DNA of 64,000 bases from Candidatus Kaiserbacteria bacterium (lineage in GTDB: Bacteria > Patescibacteriota > Minisyncoccia > Phycocordibacterales > UBA2100): assembly GCA_016432285.1 (NCBI GenBank), contig CP066682.1, positions 352,933 to 416,932 on the forward strand, in the 5' to 3' direction. The position numbers and the translations under genes were made by a program. Position 1 is the stretch's first letter. Each line of letters opens with the position of its first letter. Positions 1 through 9,662 of the stretch are shown here, piece after piece. The notes under the pieces were generated by a model. It saw only the letters and a list, made by a program, of their open reading frames with translations, searched no databases and was not told the DNA's origin.

Positions 1-253
1 CGACGCCTCCGACATAGCCGAAGCAGTGCTTTCCTACAGCGGCCTCAAGAAGTTTGATTATGCGATCTGCAACACGGCCGCAATGGACAAGAAACTCGTC
101 GCCGCGTATGAGAAAGAGAAAAAGTATCCGATCCTCTGCGACGATAAGCTCTCCGCGTACGCCGACGAGGTGATCACCGGCGATTTCTTCTCGGAGGCGG
201 ACATCGCCCGCCACGATTCGGGAAAGATAGCAAAAATTATTTCCGAGTTATGA
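1..253 (+). CDS. C-terminal fragment of a YvcK/CofD-like (UPF0052, gluconeogenesis factor family) protein; the 5' end lies outside the window
   Basis: The frame is open from base 2. The C-terminal motif ...VITGDFFSEADIARHDSGKIAKIISEL resembles the conserved YvcK C-terminus (..RHD..KLA..I). The stop codon is at 251-253. Confidence 0.45.
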   Translation, partial: DASDIAEAVLSYSGLKKFDYAICNTAAMDKKLVAAYEKEKKYPILCDDKLSAYADEVITGDFFSEADIARHDSGKIAKIISEL

Positions 254-260
254 TGCTTAT

Positions 261-695
261 ATGACCGCGAAGCTTTGGATTGCCATCGGCGTCCTCTTTC
301 TCGTCGTGATTCTCGGCGCGATCCTGATCGCGCTCCCGGCTCCTGCCGAAGCTCCGGTGCAGGGCACCGCGTTCGTTTCGGAGAACGTGCGCGTGGATGC
401 TCCGCGGATGGGGGAGACAGTGGCGAGCACGATCGAAGTGCGCGGGCAGGCACGCGGCAACTGGTATTTCGAAGCATCGTTCCCCCTTGAGGTACGCGAT
501 CCGAGCGGTAAAAGGGTGGGAGAAGGGTATGCGATGACGAGCGAAGAGTGGATGACGACAAATTTTGTATCGTTTGAAGGCACCGTTGTGGCGACCGATT
601 ACAGGGGGCCGGCCACGCTCGTTCTCCATAAGGACAATCCGTCGGGCTTGCCGGAGAATGACGATTCGGTCGAGTTTTCGATCGTCATCAAATAA
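261..695 (+). CDS. membrane-anchored protein with a Gmad2/GerM-like immunoglobulin-like domain
   Basis: An N-terminal TM helix (WIAIGVLFLVVILGAILIAL) is followed by a ~110 aa beta-rich domain with the pattern ..VRVDAP..G..V.S...V.G.ARG.WYFEASFP..V.D..G typical of Gmad2 Ig-like domains. Confidence 0.5.
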   Translation: MTAKLWIAIGVLFLVVILGAILIALPAPAEAPVQGTAFVSENVRVDAPRMGETVASTIEVRGQARGNWYFEASFPLEVRDPSGKRVGEGYAMTSEEWMTTNFVSFEGTVVATDYRGPATLVLHKDNPSGLPENDDSVEFSIVIK

Positions 696-698
696 TAG

Positions 699-1361
699 AT
701 GACACCGCTCTTTCGCGAACGGCAGCGGCGGGCGGAAAGGATAGTCGAATATCTCAAAAAAACGTATCCGAGGCCGAAAAGCGAATTGAAACATACGACA
801 CCGTTCCAGTTTCTTGTGTCGGTCGTGCTCTCGGCACAGTGCACAGACAAGCTCGTGAACAGGGTAACCGAACCGCTCTACAAAAAGTACAAGACACCGG
901 GAGACTTTGCGGGGGCGAATCCGCGCACGTTCGAGAAAGAGATCTCGTCGGTCTCCTTTTTCAGGGTGAAAGCAAAGGCGGTGATCGCTGCCGCCAAAAA
1001 AGTGGAGAAAGAATTTGGCGGCGCGGTGCCGCGTACTGCGGAGGAGCTCCAGCGCCTCCCTGGTGTCGGTTACAAAACCGCTCACGTGATTTTGGGCGAG
1101 CTCTACGATCTCTGGGAGGGGATCCCCACCGACACGCACGTGAAGCGCTTCGCGTATCGCTTCGATCTTTCGGATCAGGTAGACCTTAAGAAAATATCGA
1201 AAGATCTCGAAGCGCTCGTCCCCAAAAAAGACTGGAAGTACGTCAACAACGGCCTCGTGCTCTACGGTAGATACGTCTGCCCGGCGCGGCCGCACGTCTG
1301 CATCGATCATCCGCTCACCAAGCTCTGGCCCTCCGCCGCCAAGCGATGGCGCACAGTGTAG
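699..1361 (+). CDS. nth: endonuclease III (DNA glycosylase/AP lyase)
   Basis: HhH-GPD fold with LPGVGYKTAHVIL, and the C-terminal 4Fe-4S cluster motif C-x6-C-x2-C (CPARPHVCIDHPL). Length 220 aa. Confidence 0.85.
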   Translation: MTPLFRERQRRAERIVEYLKKTYPRPKSELKHTTPFQFLVSVVLSAQCTDKLVNRVTEPLYKKYKTPGDFAGANPRTFEKEISSVSFFRVKAKAVIAAAKKVEKEFGGAVPRTAEELQRLPGVGYKTAHVILGELYDLWEGIPTDTHVKRFAYRFDLSDQVDLKKISKDLEALVPKKDWKYVNNGLVLYGRYVCPARPHVCIDHPLTKLWPSAAKRWRTV

Positions 1362-1478
1362 AATCGCGGATATAAATTCCCTCGGAATCCGGATTTTCCT
1401 GCTGGAAAATCCTCAATCCTCGCGCTCTTCGCGCTGCGGAGGTTCCTCGGAAACATATACCCGCGATTCTCTCCGCCA

Positions 1479-3845
1479 CTAGTACCCCTTGTTGCGAATG
1501 AGGATCTCGAGGAGTTGGCGCGGGAAAATTTGCGGCGATTCCGTGAGGGCCTGGTGGTAAAGCACAGTCGAGGGGGTGAGGCCTGGGAGCGTGTTGATCT
1601 CGATGATCGTCAGCTCACCCGTCCGGGTATGCACGAAGGCGTCGATGCGCGCATAGCCCGTGATACCGAGCTTTCTCGCGAGGCGTTCGATGCGCTCGCG
1701 GATTTTTTTGACGACCGCGGGCTTGATGACTTGCGGCGGTGGCGGCGTGAGGTTGACGCCGGTGCCGCCCTGGAATTTTTCTTCCACCGAAAGCACCTCG
1801 CCTTCGGCGACGGTGATAGAGGGGTTCAATGCGTGGATGCCGCCGGTTTTGCCGATTACGCCGATCGTGATCTCCACGAGACCGCTCTTTTTTGTGTGCT
1901 TCAGCCTGTTGTCGATCACGCGCAACGTGTCGGTCTCGATGAAGCGCTCGAAGATGAGATAGGGCGGCGCGGAGGGCGGCATGTCGATGATCGTCGTTTG
2001 GTTTTTGAAAGTACCGGGGTGCGCGTGCGCCGCGCGCGTGCGCACGAGCGCCAGGTAGGCCACGAGGTCGGAAGGCCCGTAGAGATGCACGACACCGGTG
2101 GAGCAGCCGTCGCCCCGGGGCTTTACGATGAGCGAGCGCGAGTGCAGCTCCTTCAAGGACGCGTGCCAGAATTTGCGCAGCGAGGCGTCGCTCATTTTGA
2201 GCAGCTCCGCCGTCTCCGCTATTTTTCCGGGGACGGCCCCGACGCCCTCGAGCTCGAGCGAGCGGACCTGCTCGGAGGTGGCCCATTTGTCGATGCAGAG
2301 CTTCGATGCTTCGGCGTCGGGGCCGTTCATCGGAATCCCGCGCTTTTGCATGAGTGTCTGGAGTGTACCATCCTCGCCTTCTCCCCCGTGGAGCGCAGCG
2401 AAGAGAAAGCGCGTCTCTTCCAAAAGCTCGTCGAGCGTCATGTGCGCGGGCTCGAAAAAGGTGGCCGCGTCTTTTTTGGCGGAAAAGCCGAGGTGGAGCC
2501 GGGCGCGCTCTTCGTAGGAGCGGAGCCGCTCCCTCGTGCGCGGATATTCCCGGCAGTTCTGGCTGATTTCCTCAACCGTGTGGTTCAAGGTGAGGTGATA
2601 CGGCAGGCGCCAGACGCTACCATCCGTATCAAGAAGGAATGGGCGGGGTTCGTAGGTGGGCGAGTTGCGCAGCTTCAGCCACACGTTGGTGCCGCTCATG
2701 AGCGACACCTGCCGCTCCGAAGTAGGGCCGCCGAAGAGCACTGAAACGGGTTTGCGCTCGGCTTTCGCAACCGACTTCTGCTGTGGCATCCTGAGGCTAT
2801 GCCGACGCGCTGCCGAACCGAGGATGTAGCGCAAGACGTCGCTGTGCGTCATGCCGACACGCGATCCCTGCTGGAAAAGGAAGCTGTTCTGCTCCATGCC
2901 GGAGACGGTGTTGAAGTCGCAAAACCAGATCTCGCCGGAAGGAAGGATCCATCCGTCGAATCGCGCGAAGTCGCGCATCCCGAAAAGCGCGAAAAGCTGC
3001 TCGGCTTGCGCCTGAATGCGCTCGATCGAGGCATCGTCGAATCGCGGCGGCGAATGGTAAGAGACGTGGCGCGAGGGAAGGTACTTCTTCCGGAAATCGA
3101 AAATCTGATGCTCGGCGTAATCGGTCTCGATCTCGGTCGGGGGGAGCGCCACGGGAATACCGAAGCGGTTTTGCAAAATAATCACCGTGAATTCCTTCCC
3201 CTCGGCAAACGGCTCCAAAACGAGCCGCGTGTCCATGCGTTTTGAAAAGAGCATACGCGCTCTCTCGAGGACCTCTCTTGGGGAGCCGACAGAGAAGACT
3301 CCGATCGACGAACCGCCACTTGCGGGCTTGATGACCGCGCGCTTGATCTTATGCTCATCAAAAAACTTCCGCGTGATCGAAGCGTGGTCGCGCCCGTATA
3401 TTTTCAGCACGACCGACGGCAGCGTGAAAAATCCATTCTCCCGGATGTACTCGTTGCCCGTGTGCTTGTCGAACGCCTTCTTGCAGCTTTCGGATCCTGA
3501 TCCGACAAACGGAATCTTGTGCTTTTCGAGAAATGCCTGCACGCCGCCATCTTCGCCATAGCTGCCGTGCATCACCGGAAAAACGATGTCGGTGCGACGC
3601 AGGGCTCGGACGAACTGTGCGGTACCGAGGGGTTTCGCCGTTTGCTTCAGCTTGAAGTCGAAATCGGAGGGAGTGTTGCTGTAGAGCTGGGCAGGGGAGA
3701 TCGCGTAGGCATTGCGTTTCTGGTCGAGGTAAAAGGGCACGATCTCAACGGAATCCGATGAGAGGTGATCGAGGACGGAGCGCGCCGAATTGAGCGATAT
3801 ACCGCGCTCCAGCGAGGGACCTCCGCAAATCAGTCCGACCTTCAT
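1479..3845 (-). CDS. ddl: tandem-fused double D-alanine--D-alanine ligase (two complete Ddl/ATP-grasp modules in one 788-aa polypeptide)
   Basis: Module 1 begins MKVGLICGGPSLERGISLNSA. Module 2 begins ~aa 385 with PVSVLFGGPTSERQVSLMSG. Both have ATP-grasp cores, and module 2 ends with the typical Ddl C-terminus (..INTLPGLT..S). Confidence 0.8.
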   Translation of the reverse strand: MKVGLICGGPSLERGISLNSARSVLDHLSSDSVEIVPFYLDQKRNAYAISPAQLYSNTPSDFDFKLKQTAKPLGTAQFVRALRRTDIVFPVMHGSYGEDGGVQAFLEKHKIPFVGSGSESCKKAFDKHTGNEYIRENGFFTLPSVVLKIYGRDHASITRKFFDEHKIKRAVIKPASGGSSIGVFSVGSPREVLERARMLFSKRMDTRLVLEPFAEGKEFTVIILQNRFGIPVALPPTEIETDYAEHQIFDFRKKYLPSRHVSYHSPPRFDDASIERIQAQAEQLFALFGMRDFARFDGWILPSGEIWFCDFNTVSGMEQNSFLFQQGSRVGMTHSDVLRYILGSAARRHSLRMPQQKSVAKAERKPVSVLFGGPTSERQVSLMSGTNVWLKLRNSPTYEPRPFLLDTDGSVWRLPYHLTLNHTVEEISQNCREYPRTRERLRSYEERARLHLGFSAKKDAATFFEPAHMTLDELLEETRFLFAALHGGEGEDGTLQTLMQKRGIPMNGPDAEASKLCIDKWATSEQVRSLELEGVGAVPGKIAETAELLKMSDASLRKFWHASLKELHSRSLIVKPRGDGCSTGVVHLYGPSDLVAYLALVRTRAAHAHPGTFKNQTTIIDMPPSAPPYLIFERFIETDTLRVIDNRLKHTKKSGLVEITIGVIGKTGGIHALNPSITVAEGEVLSVEEKFQGGTGVNLTPPPPQVIKPAVVKKIRERIERLARKLGITGYARIDAFVHTRTGELTIIEINTLPGLTPSTVLYHQALTESPQIFPRQLLEILIRNKGY

Positions 3846-3991
3846 ATTTTGCGAAATTTCCTCATTAAAAAGTGCTTATTTTAAGCGATTTTTACAACTT
3901 CGAGACGCCGATACCACGGAATATAGCATTTTTTGCAGAAAACACTATCAGCACGTGGGGAGAGGACTGGCTCTCAGTGTAGGATGAAGGC

Positions 3992-4684
3992 ATGAGCAAG
4001 AAACGCAAAGTGGCGGTATTTGATGTCGATGGCACGATATTCCGCTCCAGCCTTCTCATAGAGCTCGTCGACCGGCTCATCGAAGAGAGCGTCTTTCCGA
4101 AGTCGGCGCACAGAGAATACGGGAAAGAGTACGAGAAGTGGCTCAATCGCGAAGGTGACTACCAGGAATACATTCTCGCCGTGGTCCGCGTCTTTAATAC
4201 CTACCTCAAAGGCGTGCACTATGGGGCGCTCGCCGATGCGGCGGAAGTGGTCGTGGAGGAGCAGTGGAAGCGCGTGTACCGCTACACGCGGGATCTTTTG
4301 AAAGACCTCAAGAAGAAAGATTACTTTCTTCTTGCGGTGTCGCATTCGCCAAAAACGGTGCTCGATAAATTCTGTCCGCGCATGGGTTTCGATAAAGCGT
4401 ACGGCGTGGTGTACGAGATCGGTCCGCAGGAGCTGTTTACCGGCACGATCGTCGAGGAGCATCTCATCTTCAACAAGGCGTCGATCCTGAAGCGGGCGGC
4501 CGAAAAGGAAAATCTCACGCTCGAGGGATCGATTGGCGTGGGCGACACGGAGACCGACATTTCCTTTTTGGAAGAAGTCGCCGAGCCGATCTGCTTCAAC
4601 CCCAACGCGAAGCTCTACACCTATGCAAAGCGCATGAAGTGGAAGGTGGTAGTCGAGCGGAAAGATGTGATTTATGAGCTCTAG
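3992..4684 (+). CDS. HAD-superfamily hydrolase (HAD-IB / phosphoserine-phosphatase-like)
   Basis: Motif I is VAVFDVDGTIF. Motif IV (GVGDTETD) is near the C-terminus. A capping domain lies between them. Confidence 0.7.
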   Translation: MSKKRKVAVFDVDGTIFRSSLLIELVDRLIEESVFPKSAHREYGKEYEKWLNREGDYQEYILAVVRVFNTYLKGVHYGALADAAEVVVEEQWKRVYRYTRDLLKDLKKKDYFLLAVSHSPKTVLDKFCPRMGFDKAYGVVYEIGPQELFTGTIVEEHLIFNKASILKRAAEKENLTLEGSIGVGDTETDISFLEEVAEPICFNPNAKLYTYAKRMKWKVVVERKDVIYEL

Positions 4685-5576
4685 CTCGTCGCCGACGCAT
4701 GCCTCGATCGGGTCGCGTCGCCGTCTGCTGACGGGGCGCTCCCTCTCGCGCCGTCGCGCTGCGAAAGACCCTCACGAGGCACGCGTCGACTCCTTCCGCT
4801 CGGCAGTGTGGGGGTATTGGAAGAAGAGCGGACGGCATGAGCTGCCGTGGCGAAAGACGAAAGACCCCTACCGCATTCTCGTCTCGGAAGTGATGCTCCA
4901 GCAGACGCAGGTGCCACGGGTGATCGACAAATACAAATCTTTCCTCAAAAAATTTCCGACGGTCCGCGCGCTCGCCCGTGCGCCGCTCGTTGACGTGCTC
5001 AGCGAGTGGAATGGGCTCGGATACAACAGGCGGGCGAAATATCTCAACGATGCCGCCAAAATGATCACGGCGACCTATCGCGGAAATCTTCGAGCGGCGC
5101 TGGCGCACCCCTTGCCGGGAATCGGGCCGTACACGAAATCCGCCGTGCGCGTCTTCGCGTTCAACGAGCCCGATGCATTGCTCGAAACCAACATCCGGAG
5201 CGCCTTTATCCTCCACTTTCACAGAGGACAGTCCTCTGTGGAAGATAAGGAGATTTTGCCGATGGTGCGGGAAGCCGCAAGAGGGCAGGATCCGCGAAGG
5301 TGGCATTCGGCGCTCATGGACTACGGGGCGCATATCAAAAAACTTCATCAAAACCCCAGCAGAAAAAGCGCACACTATGTCGTGCAATCGAAATTTGAAG
5401 GTTCTCGCCGACAGGTGAGAGGTGCCATATTAAAGACGCTCAGCCTCGGCCCCCGGGGCGATCTCGCGCTCGCGCAGGAGCTCTCCTTTGATGCGCGGCG
5501 CGTGCGCGAAGCGCTCTCCGGGCTTCTCAAAGATGGTCTCGTGAGCGCCAAGAAAGGCTCCTGGAAAATCGCCTGA
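4674..5576 (+). CDS. HhH-GPD superfamily DNA glycosylase (MutY/EndoIII-like, no Fe-S cluster motif seen) with a C-terminal winged-helix-like tail; the start is uncertain
   Basis: ELPWRKTKDPYRILVSEVMLQQTQV and LPGIGPYTKSAV are typical of MutY/Nth N-lobes. The ATG at 4674 overlaps the upstream gene by 11 nt and gives a Ser/Arg-rich 45-aa leader. A GTG at ~4809 is an alternative start. Confidence 0.6.
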   Translation: MSSSSSPTHASIGSRRRLLTGRSLSRRRAAKDPHEARVDSFRSAVWGYWKKSGRHELPWRKTKDPYRILVSEVMLQQTQVPRVIDKYKSFLKKFPTVRALARAPLVDVLSEWNGLGYNRRAKYLNDAAKMITATYRGNLRAALAHPLPGIGPYTKSAVRVFAFNEPDALLETNIRSAFILHFHRGQSSVEDKEILPMVREAARGQDPRRWHSALMDYGAHIKKLHQNPSRKSAHYVVQSKFEGSRRQVRGAILKTLSLGPRGDLALAQELSFDARRVREALSGLLKDGLVSAKKGSWKIA

Positions 5577-5662
5577 GCGTTCAATTGCGGAGGCTAAGCC
5601 TCCGAAAAAAGCTTAAAAACAAAGCGGCAAGGGGACTCGCCGCCTTGCCGCCTTCGTTGACC

Positions 5663-5851
5663 TCACCGCCACATCCACATCCGCGCAAACACTGCGCCAG
5701 CGAAGAAAGTACCGGCAGTGTCGATCATTCGCGGCGACGTTAAACGGACTCCGAGAATGACGGTTTGAAAATTGAGGAAGTCCTCAGCCGCCGCCGTTAC
5801 GAAGCCCGTTGCCACCAGTATTAGCGCGGTAACAAGGAACGTCTTCACCAT
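5663..5851 (-). CDS. small (62 aa) predicted membrane protein
   Basis: A strong SD (AGGAGGTG) lies 4 nt upstream of the ATG (minus-strand sequence ctaggaggtgcgagATGgtgaag). There is one hydrophobic helix. A rho-independent terminator (GC hairpin plus T-run) sits ~5620-5660 downstream on the minus strand. Confidence 0.45.
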   Translation of the reverse strand: MVKTFLVTALILVATGFVTAAAEDFLNFQTVILGVRLTSPRMIDTAGTFFAGAVFARMWMWR

Positions 5852-5900
5852 CTCGCACCTCCTAGTTGGTTTCAAACTATAAATTGCAACTTTGAACTTG

Positions 5901-7781
5901 TCAAACGCTCACGATAACCGGAATGACAATCGGGCGTTTCATAGTGCGCTGCAAGAGGAAGCGCGAGACGCTCTCCGCGAGGTCATCGCGGGCGGCATCG
6001 AGGTCGACGGCGCGCGGATTGCGCATTGAGCCTTCGACGGACTTGCGGATGATAAGGCGCGTCTGATCCATGAGCTCTTTGTTGTCGCGCAGATACACGA
6101 AACCGCGCGAGATGATGTCGGGAGATTTGTGGAGGCGACCGGTACGCCGGTCGACGGTGGCGACGACGACGCAAAAGCCCTCCTGCCCAAGCGCTTTTCG
6201 GTCGCGCATCAGCACATCGGAGAGCTCGGATACGGTGTGGCCCTCGACGACGCGAAGCTCCGAGGGCGCCTTCATGGGAAGCGTCGAGATTTTCTCACCC
6301 TTCACAATCTCGATGATCGAACCGTTGTCGGGGACCACGACGTGGTTTTTCGGTACACCGAGCTCCATGGCAAGGTGCGAGTGTACGCGGAGCATGTAGT
6401 GGTAGCCGTGCACTGGCACGAAGAACTTCGGCTTCACCTGCTTGTGAATCCACACCGCCTCCTCGCGATTGCCGTGGCCGGAGGCGTGCACGTCGCTCGC
6501 GTGATAGGTGATGATGTGCGCTCCCTGGCGCGAGAGGTTGTCCTTCAGCTTTTGCACCGCGCGCTCGTTGCCGGGAATCACAGAGGAGGAGAGCACCACG
6601 GTGTCGGTGGGCTGGAGCCGGATGTGCTTGTGCGATTTGTTGCCGATGCGAGCGAGCGAGGCAAACTCGTCGCCCTGCGCGCCGGTCGCGAGAATCACCA
6701 TCCGCTCCGGCGGGTACTCTCCCATGCTCTCCACGGGCACCACCGTGTCGTCTTTGTATTTGACGAGCCCAAGCTCGCGCGCGATCTCGATGTTGGTGCG
6801 CATGGAGCGGCCGTCGATCACGATCTTCTTGCCGTACTTTTCGGCAAAGGCGATTACGCGGATGAGCCGCTCAAGGTGCGAGGCGAACATCGCGATGATG
6901 AGGCGGCCGGTCGCGTCTTTGATGATGTTTTCGAGCGTGGTGTAGACGTTCTTCTCGGGGATCGAGAAGCCGGGCTGCCAGACGTTGGTCGAGTCCATGA
7001 GAAGGAGGAGCACGTTGCGACTCTTGAAGACGCCGAACTCACGCACTTCCTCTTCGCTCGGCTGCCCGTTGTCGTGGTTGAGCTTGATGTCGCCGGTAAA
7101 AACGACGTCGCCCCATGCGGTCTCGATGATGATTCCCATCGAATCCGGCACGGTGTGCGTAACGCCGAAAAAGCGCACAGTGTGATCGCCGAGTTTGATG
7201 TGCTCATCTTTTTCGACTTCGCGGATCTGTACGGGAGTCGTTTGCGCGAATTCCTCCTGGCGCTTCTTGATCATCATGCCGGTGAGGCGGCGCGTGTAGA
7301 TGGTCGGATTGCCGATGCGGTCGATCACGTAGGGAATACCGCCGATGTGATCGAGGTGACCGTGCGAAATGAGAAGCCCGCGGATCTTGTCGCGGCGCTC
7401 TTCGAGGTAGCCGGTGTTCGGGAGGATGTAATCGATGCCGGGCGTTTCTTCTTCGCGGAACTGGAATCCAGCGTCGAGAATGAAAATGTCGTTGCCGATC
7501 TCGACGGCCGTCATGTTGCGGCCGATTTCTTCGACGCCGCCAAGCGGAATCACGCGGACCGTTTCGGGGCCGATCGGCGGGGGCGTGGCGCCCGCGGGAC
7601 GCGGGCGGCCGCTCGGCGCCTGGTGCTCGACGCGTGTGCGGCGCTGCCGCGGCGGGTGCGCAGAGCGGCCGCGCCCGCCGTAGAATCGGCCGGGACGGTT
7701 GCGCTGCGGTCGCGCATTCGGGGAGGCAGAGCGCGGTCTCCCGTGAGAGCCTGCGCCGGGGTTTTGAGGAGGTGGGTTCAT
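5901..7781 (-). CDS. rnj: ribonuclease J (metallo-beta-lactamase/beta-CASP RNase) with a ~75-aa Arg/Pro/Gly-rich N-terminal extension
   Basis: Contains the HGHLDHIGG motif and beta-CASP region. Its start overlaps the upstream SBP gene stop by 4 nt (ATGA). Confidence 0.85.
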   Translation of the reverse strand: MNPPPQNPGAGSHGRPRSASPNARPQRNRPGRFYGGRGRSAHPPRQRRTRVEHQAPSGRPRPAGATPPPIGPETVRVIPLGGVEEIGRNMTAVEIGNDIFILDAGFQFREEETPGIDYILPNTGYLEERRDKIRGLLISHGHLDHIGGIPYVIDRIGNPTIYTRRLTGMMIKKRQEEFAQTTPVQIREVEKDEHIKLGDHTVRFFGVTHTVPDSMGIIIETAWGDVVFTGDIKLNHDNGQPSEEEVREFGVFKSRNVLLLLMDSTNVWQPGFSIPEKNVYTTLENIIKDATGRLIIAMFASHLERLIRVIAFAEKYGKKIVIDGRSMRTNIEIARELGLVKYKDDTVVPVESMGEYPPERMVILATGAQGDEFASLARIGNKSHKHIRLQPTDTVVLSSSVIPGNERAVQKLKDNLSRQGAHIITYHASDVHASGHGNREEAVWIHKQVKPKFFVPVHGYHYMLRVHSHLAMELGVPKNHVVVPDNGSIIEIVKGEKISTLPMKAPSELRVVEGHTVSELSDVLMRDRKALGQEGFCVVVATVDRRTGRLHKSPDIISRGFVYLRDNKELMDQTRLIIRKSVEGSMRNPRAVDLDAARDDLAESVSRFLLQRTMKRPIVIPVIVSV

Positions 7782-9610
7782 AGATTGGTTGAGTCTGTTT
7801 TATCAGTAAATATATTCCAGACGCGCTCCGTGTCGGTGTACCATTCGTACACATTGAGGAAGCGCTCCGAAGGGGAGGTGAGAGAGCCGAGTGCGACGCC
7901 GCGCAATTTTTCCGGGACGATGTAGATAAATTCCGGGGCGTAGAGGAAGACAGCAGGCTGGTCCTTTTCGACCACCGATTCGAACTCCTGGTAGAGCTCG
8001 GTACGGCGGCTCTTGTCGGTCGTGGCGCGCGCCTCCGCCAAAAGCGCGTCGGCGCGCGAATTCGCATACAGCGAAAGGTTGAGGCCCGGATCGTTGCGCT
8101 GCGAGCTGTGCCAAAAGGCGAAGAGATCGAGGGATCGGCCGACGACTTCTCCAAAAAGCACCGCGTCGTAGTTTCTCGGCCGCAGGATCGCGGTGTTGAG
8201 CTCCGAGAGCGAGTACACGTGCACGTCTACCTGCGCTCCCATGGCGCGCCACGCGGCCGCGACGATGTCTGCCGTTTGCGAGAGCTCCGGTTCGTCGGCC
8301 GTCGCGAGCGCAAACGAGAGAGTGCTCTTGCCCTTCGTCCACGCGCCGCTCGCATCGTCCCACTTCCAGCCGCCGCGCCGGAGGATCTCGCGCGCCGCTT
8401 CGGTGCGCGCGCTCGCTTCCACCGGTTCGTTCTGGGAAAGCGCGGCGGGCGTCGCCGGCGGCTCTTCTCCGAGCACTCGCGGGGGGATCGGCCCGTCGAT
8501 CGGTACGCCGTATCCTTCGAGCACCGCGTCGACGAGCACGCTCTTGTCGACCGCCTCATTGAGCGCCGCACGCACCGCCGCGTCGGCGAGTACCGGATTC
8601 TTGCTCTGGTTGAAAAAGACGCCGAAGGAGCGCGGCAGCGCGACCCGCACCATCTTCGTGCTATTCGGATCGAGGTTCTGCACGGCAGCAGGAGAGATAC
8701 CGGCGAAGCTGTCGACGCGCCCTGCGTTGTACGCGTTCAAAAGCGCGGTCTCGTTGGGATAAAAGAGCAGGGTGATGCGCTTCAGATAGGGCTTTCCGAG
8801 AGCGAATCGCTCGAAGGGCACGAGCTCGAAGGAAAGCGCGGCTCCGGTGCTGTCGGTGCTCTGCTTGTCGATGCGGTACGGGCCGCTTCCCACCGGATGC
8901 GTGTTGAGGGGATTGAAGGGAAAATCTTCCGCCGACACGCTCTCCCACAGTGTCTTCGGCAGAATACCGATCGTGGTGTTCTCGAGAAACGGAGCGTACG
9001 CGCGCGGCAGCTTGAAGACAATAGTAGAAGGATCAGGCGCGCTTACGGCGACGCCCTCCCAGTCGGCGCGCCGCTGGCTCTTGATGTCGGGACTCTGTGC
9101 TTTTTGGATCGTGAAGAGTACGTCGGCGGAGGTGAGGGACGTGCCGTTGTGGAAGACGGCGTCTTCGCGGATCTTAAATGTGTACGTCGTGCCGTCTTCG
9201 GATATTTCGTATGAAGAGGCGAGGTCGGGGACGAGGCGGCCGTCGGGGAGGGCTCGCATGAGACCTGAGTAAACGAGCGTCGTGAGATCGGCGTCGGGCT
9301 GCGAGAGTGCGAGCAGCGGATTGATGAAGCGCGCGGGGCCGATCACGCCTTCGGTGAGCGTCCCGCCCTGCGACGGGACGATGGTCGAGACGCTGCTGTT
9401 GAGGCCTGCAAGAAGCGCGAACGCGCTGACCGCAAGGAGCGCCGTCAATAGATAGAGCACGAGCCGCTCGCCCGGCGAGAAACGTCGAAGCTGCCCTTCG
9501 ATCATCGCAAGGTACGGGACGCTGCGGTGGCGCATCAGCTTTTGTGAGTAGCCTTCCTCAGCTTCCTTCGGAAGCGCGGGATCGGCGGGAGAGTCGTAAT
9601 CGGAAATCAT
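7778..9610 (-). CDS. ABC-transporter substrate-binding protein, family 5 (OppA/DppA-like peptide/nickel binding), N-terminally membrane anchored
   Basis: SBP_bac_5 features (PDLASSYEISEDGTTYTFKIREDAVFHNGTSLTSADV). An N-terminal TM segment is present. No permease or ATPase genes are adjacent. Confidence 0.75.
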   Translation of the reverse strand: MISDYDSPADPALPKEAEEGYSQKLMRHRSVPYLAMIEGQLRRFSPGERLVLYLLTALLAVSAFALLAGLNSSVSTIVPSQGGTLTEGVIGPARFINPLLALSQPDADLTTLVYSGLMRALPDGRLVPDLASSYEISEDGTTYTFKIREDAVFHNGTSLTSADVLFTIQKAQSPDIKSQRRADWEGVAVSAPDPSTIVFKLPRAYAPFLENTTIGILPKTLWESVSAEDFPFNPLNTHPVGSGPYRIDKQSTDSTGAALSFELVPFERFALGKPYLKRITLLFYPNETALLNAYNAGRVDSFAGISPAAVQNLDPNSTKMVRVALPRSFGVFFNQSKNPVLADAAVRAALNEAVDKSVLVDAVLEGYGVPIDGPIPPRVLGEEPPATPAALSQNEPVEASARTEAAREILRRGGWKWDDASGAWTKGKSTLSFALATADEPELSQTADIVAAAWRAMGAQVDVHVYSLSELNTAILRPRNYDAVLFGEVVGRSLDLFAFWHSSQRNDPGLNLSLYANSRADALLAEARATTDKSRRTELYQEFESVVEKDQPAVFLYAPEFIYIVPEKLRGVALGSLTSPSERFLNVYEWYTDTERVWNIFTDKTDSTNL

Positions 9611-9662
9611 GGCGCTTGTGGAGCGCTGCGCTTCGCCGCACGGAGCGGCCTGCGCGGAGGCG

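Noticed and set aside
58-1310. Long minus-strand ORFs (58..561, 237..1310, 257..583) overlapping the nth and Gmad2-like genes
   Set aside because: These are antisense shadow ORFs typical of high-GC DNA. They have Arg/Pro/Ser-rich low-complexity translations and no start or RBS context, and they lie opposite well-supported genes.
1515-2744. 409-aa plus-strand ORF inside the ddl region
   Set aside because: Antisense to the strongly supported double-Ddl gene. Its composition is Arg/Gly/Val-rich, as expected for reverse frames of GC-rich coding DNA.
6129-7925. 598-aa plus-strand ORF opposite RNase J, and the 316-aa ORF 7204..8154
   Set aside because: Antisense or overlapping artefacts. The RNase J and SBP assignments are homology-supported.
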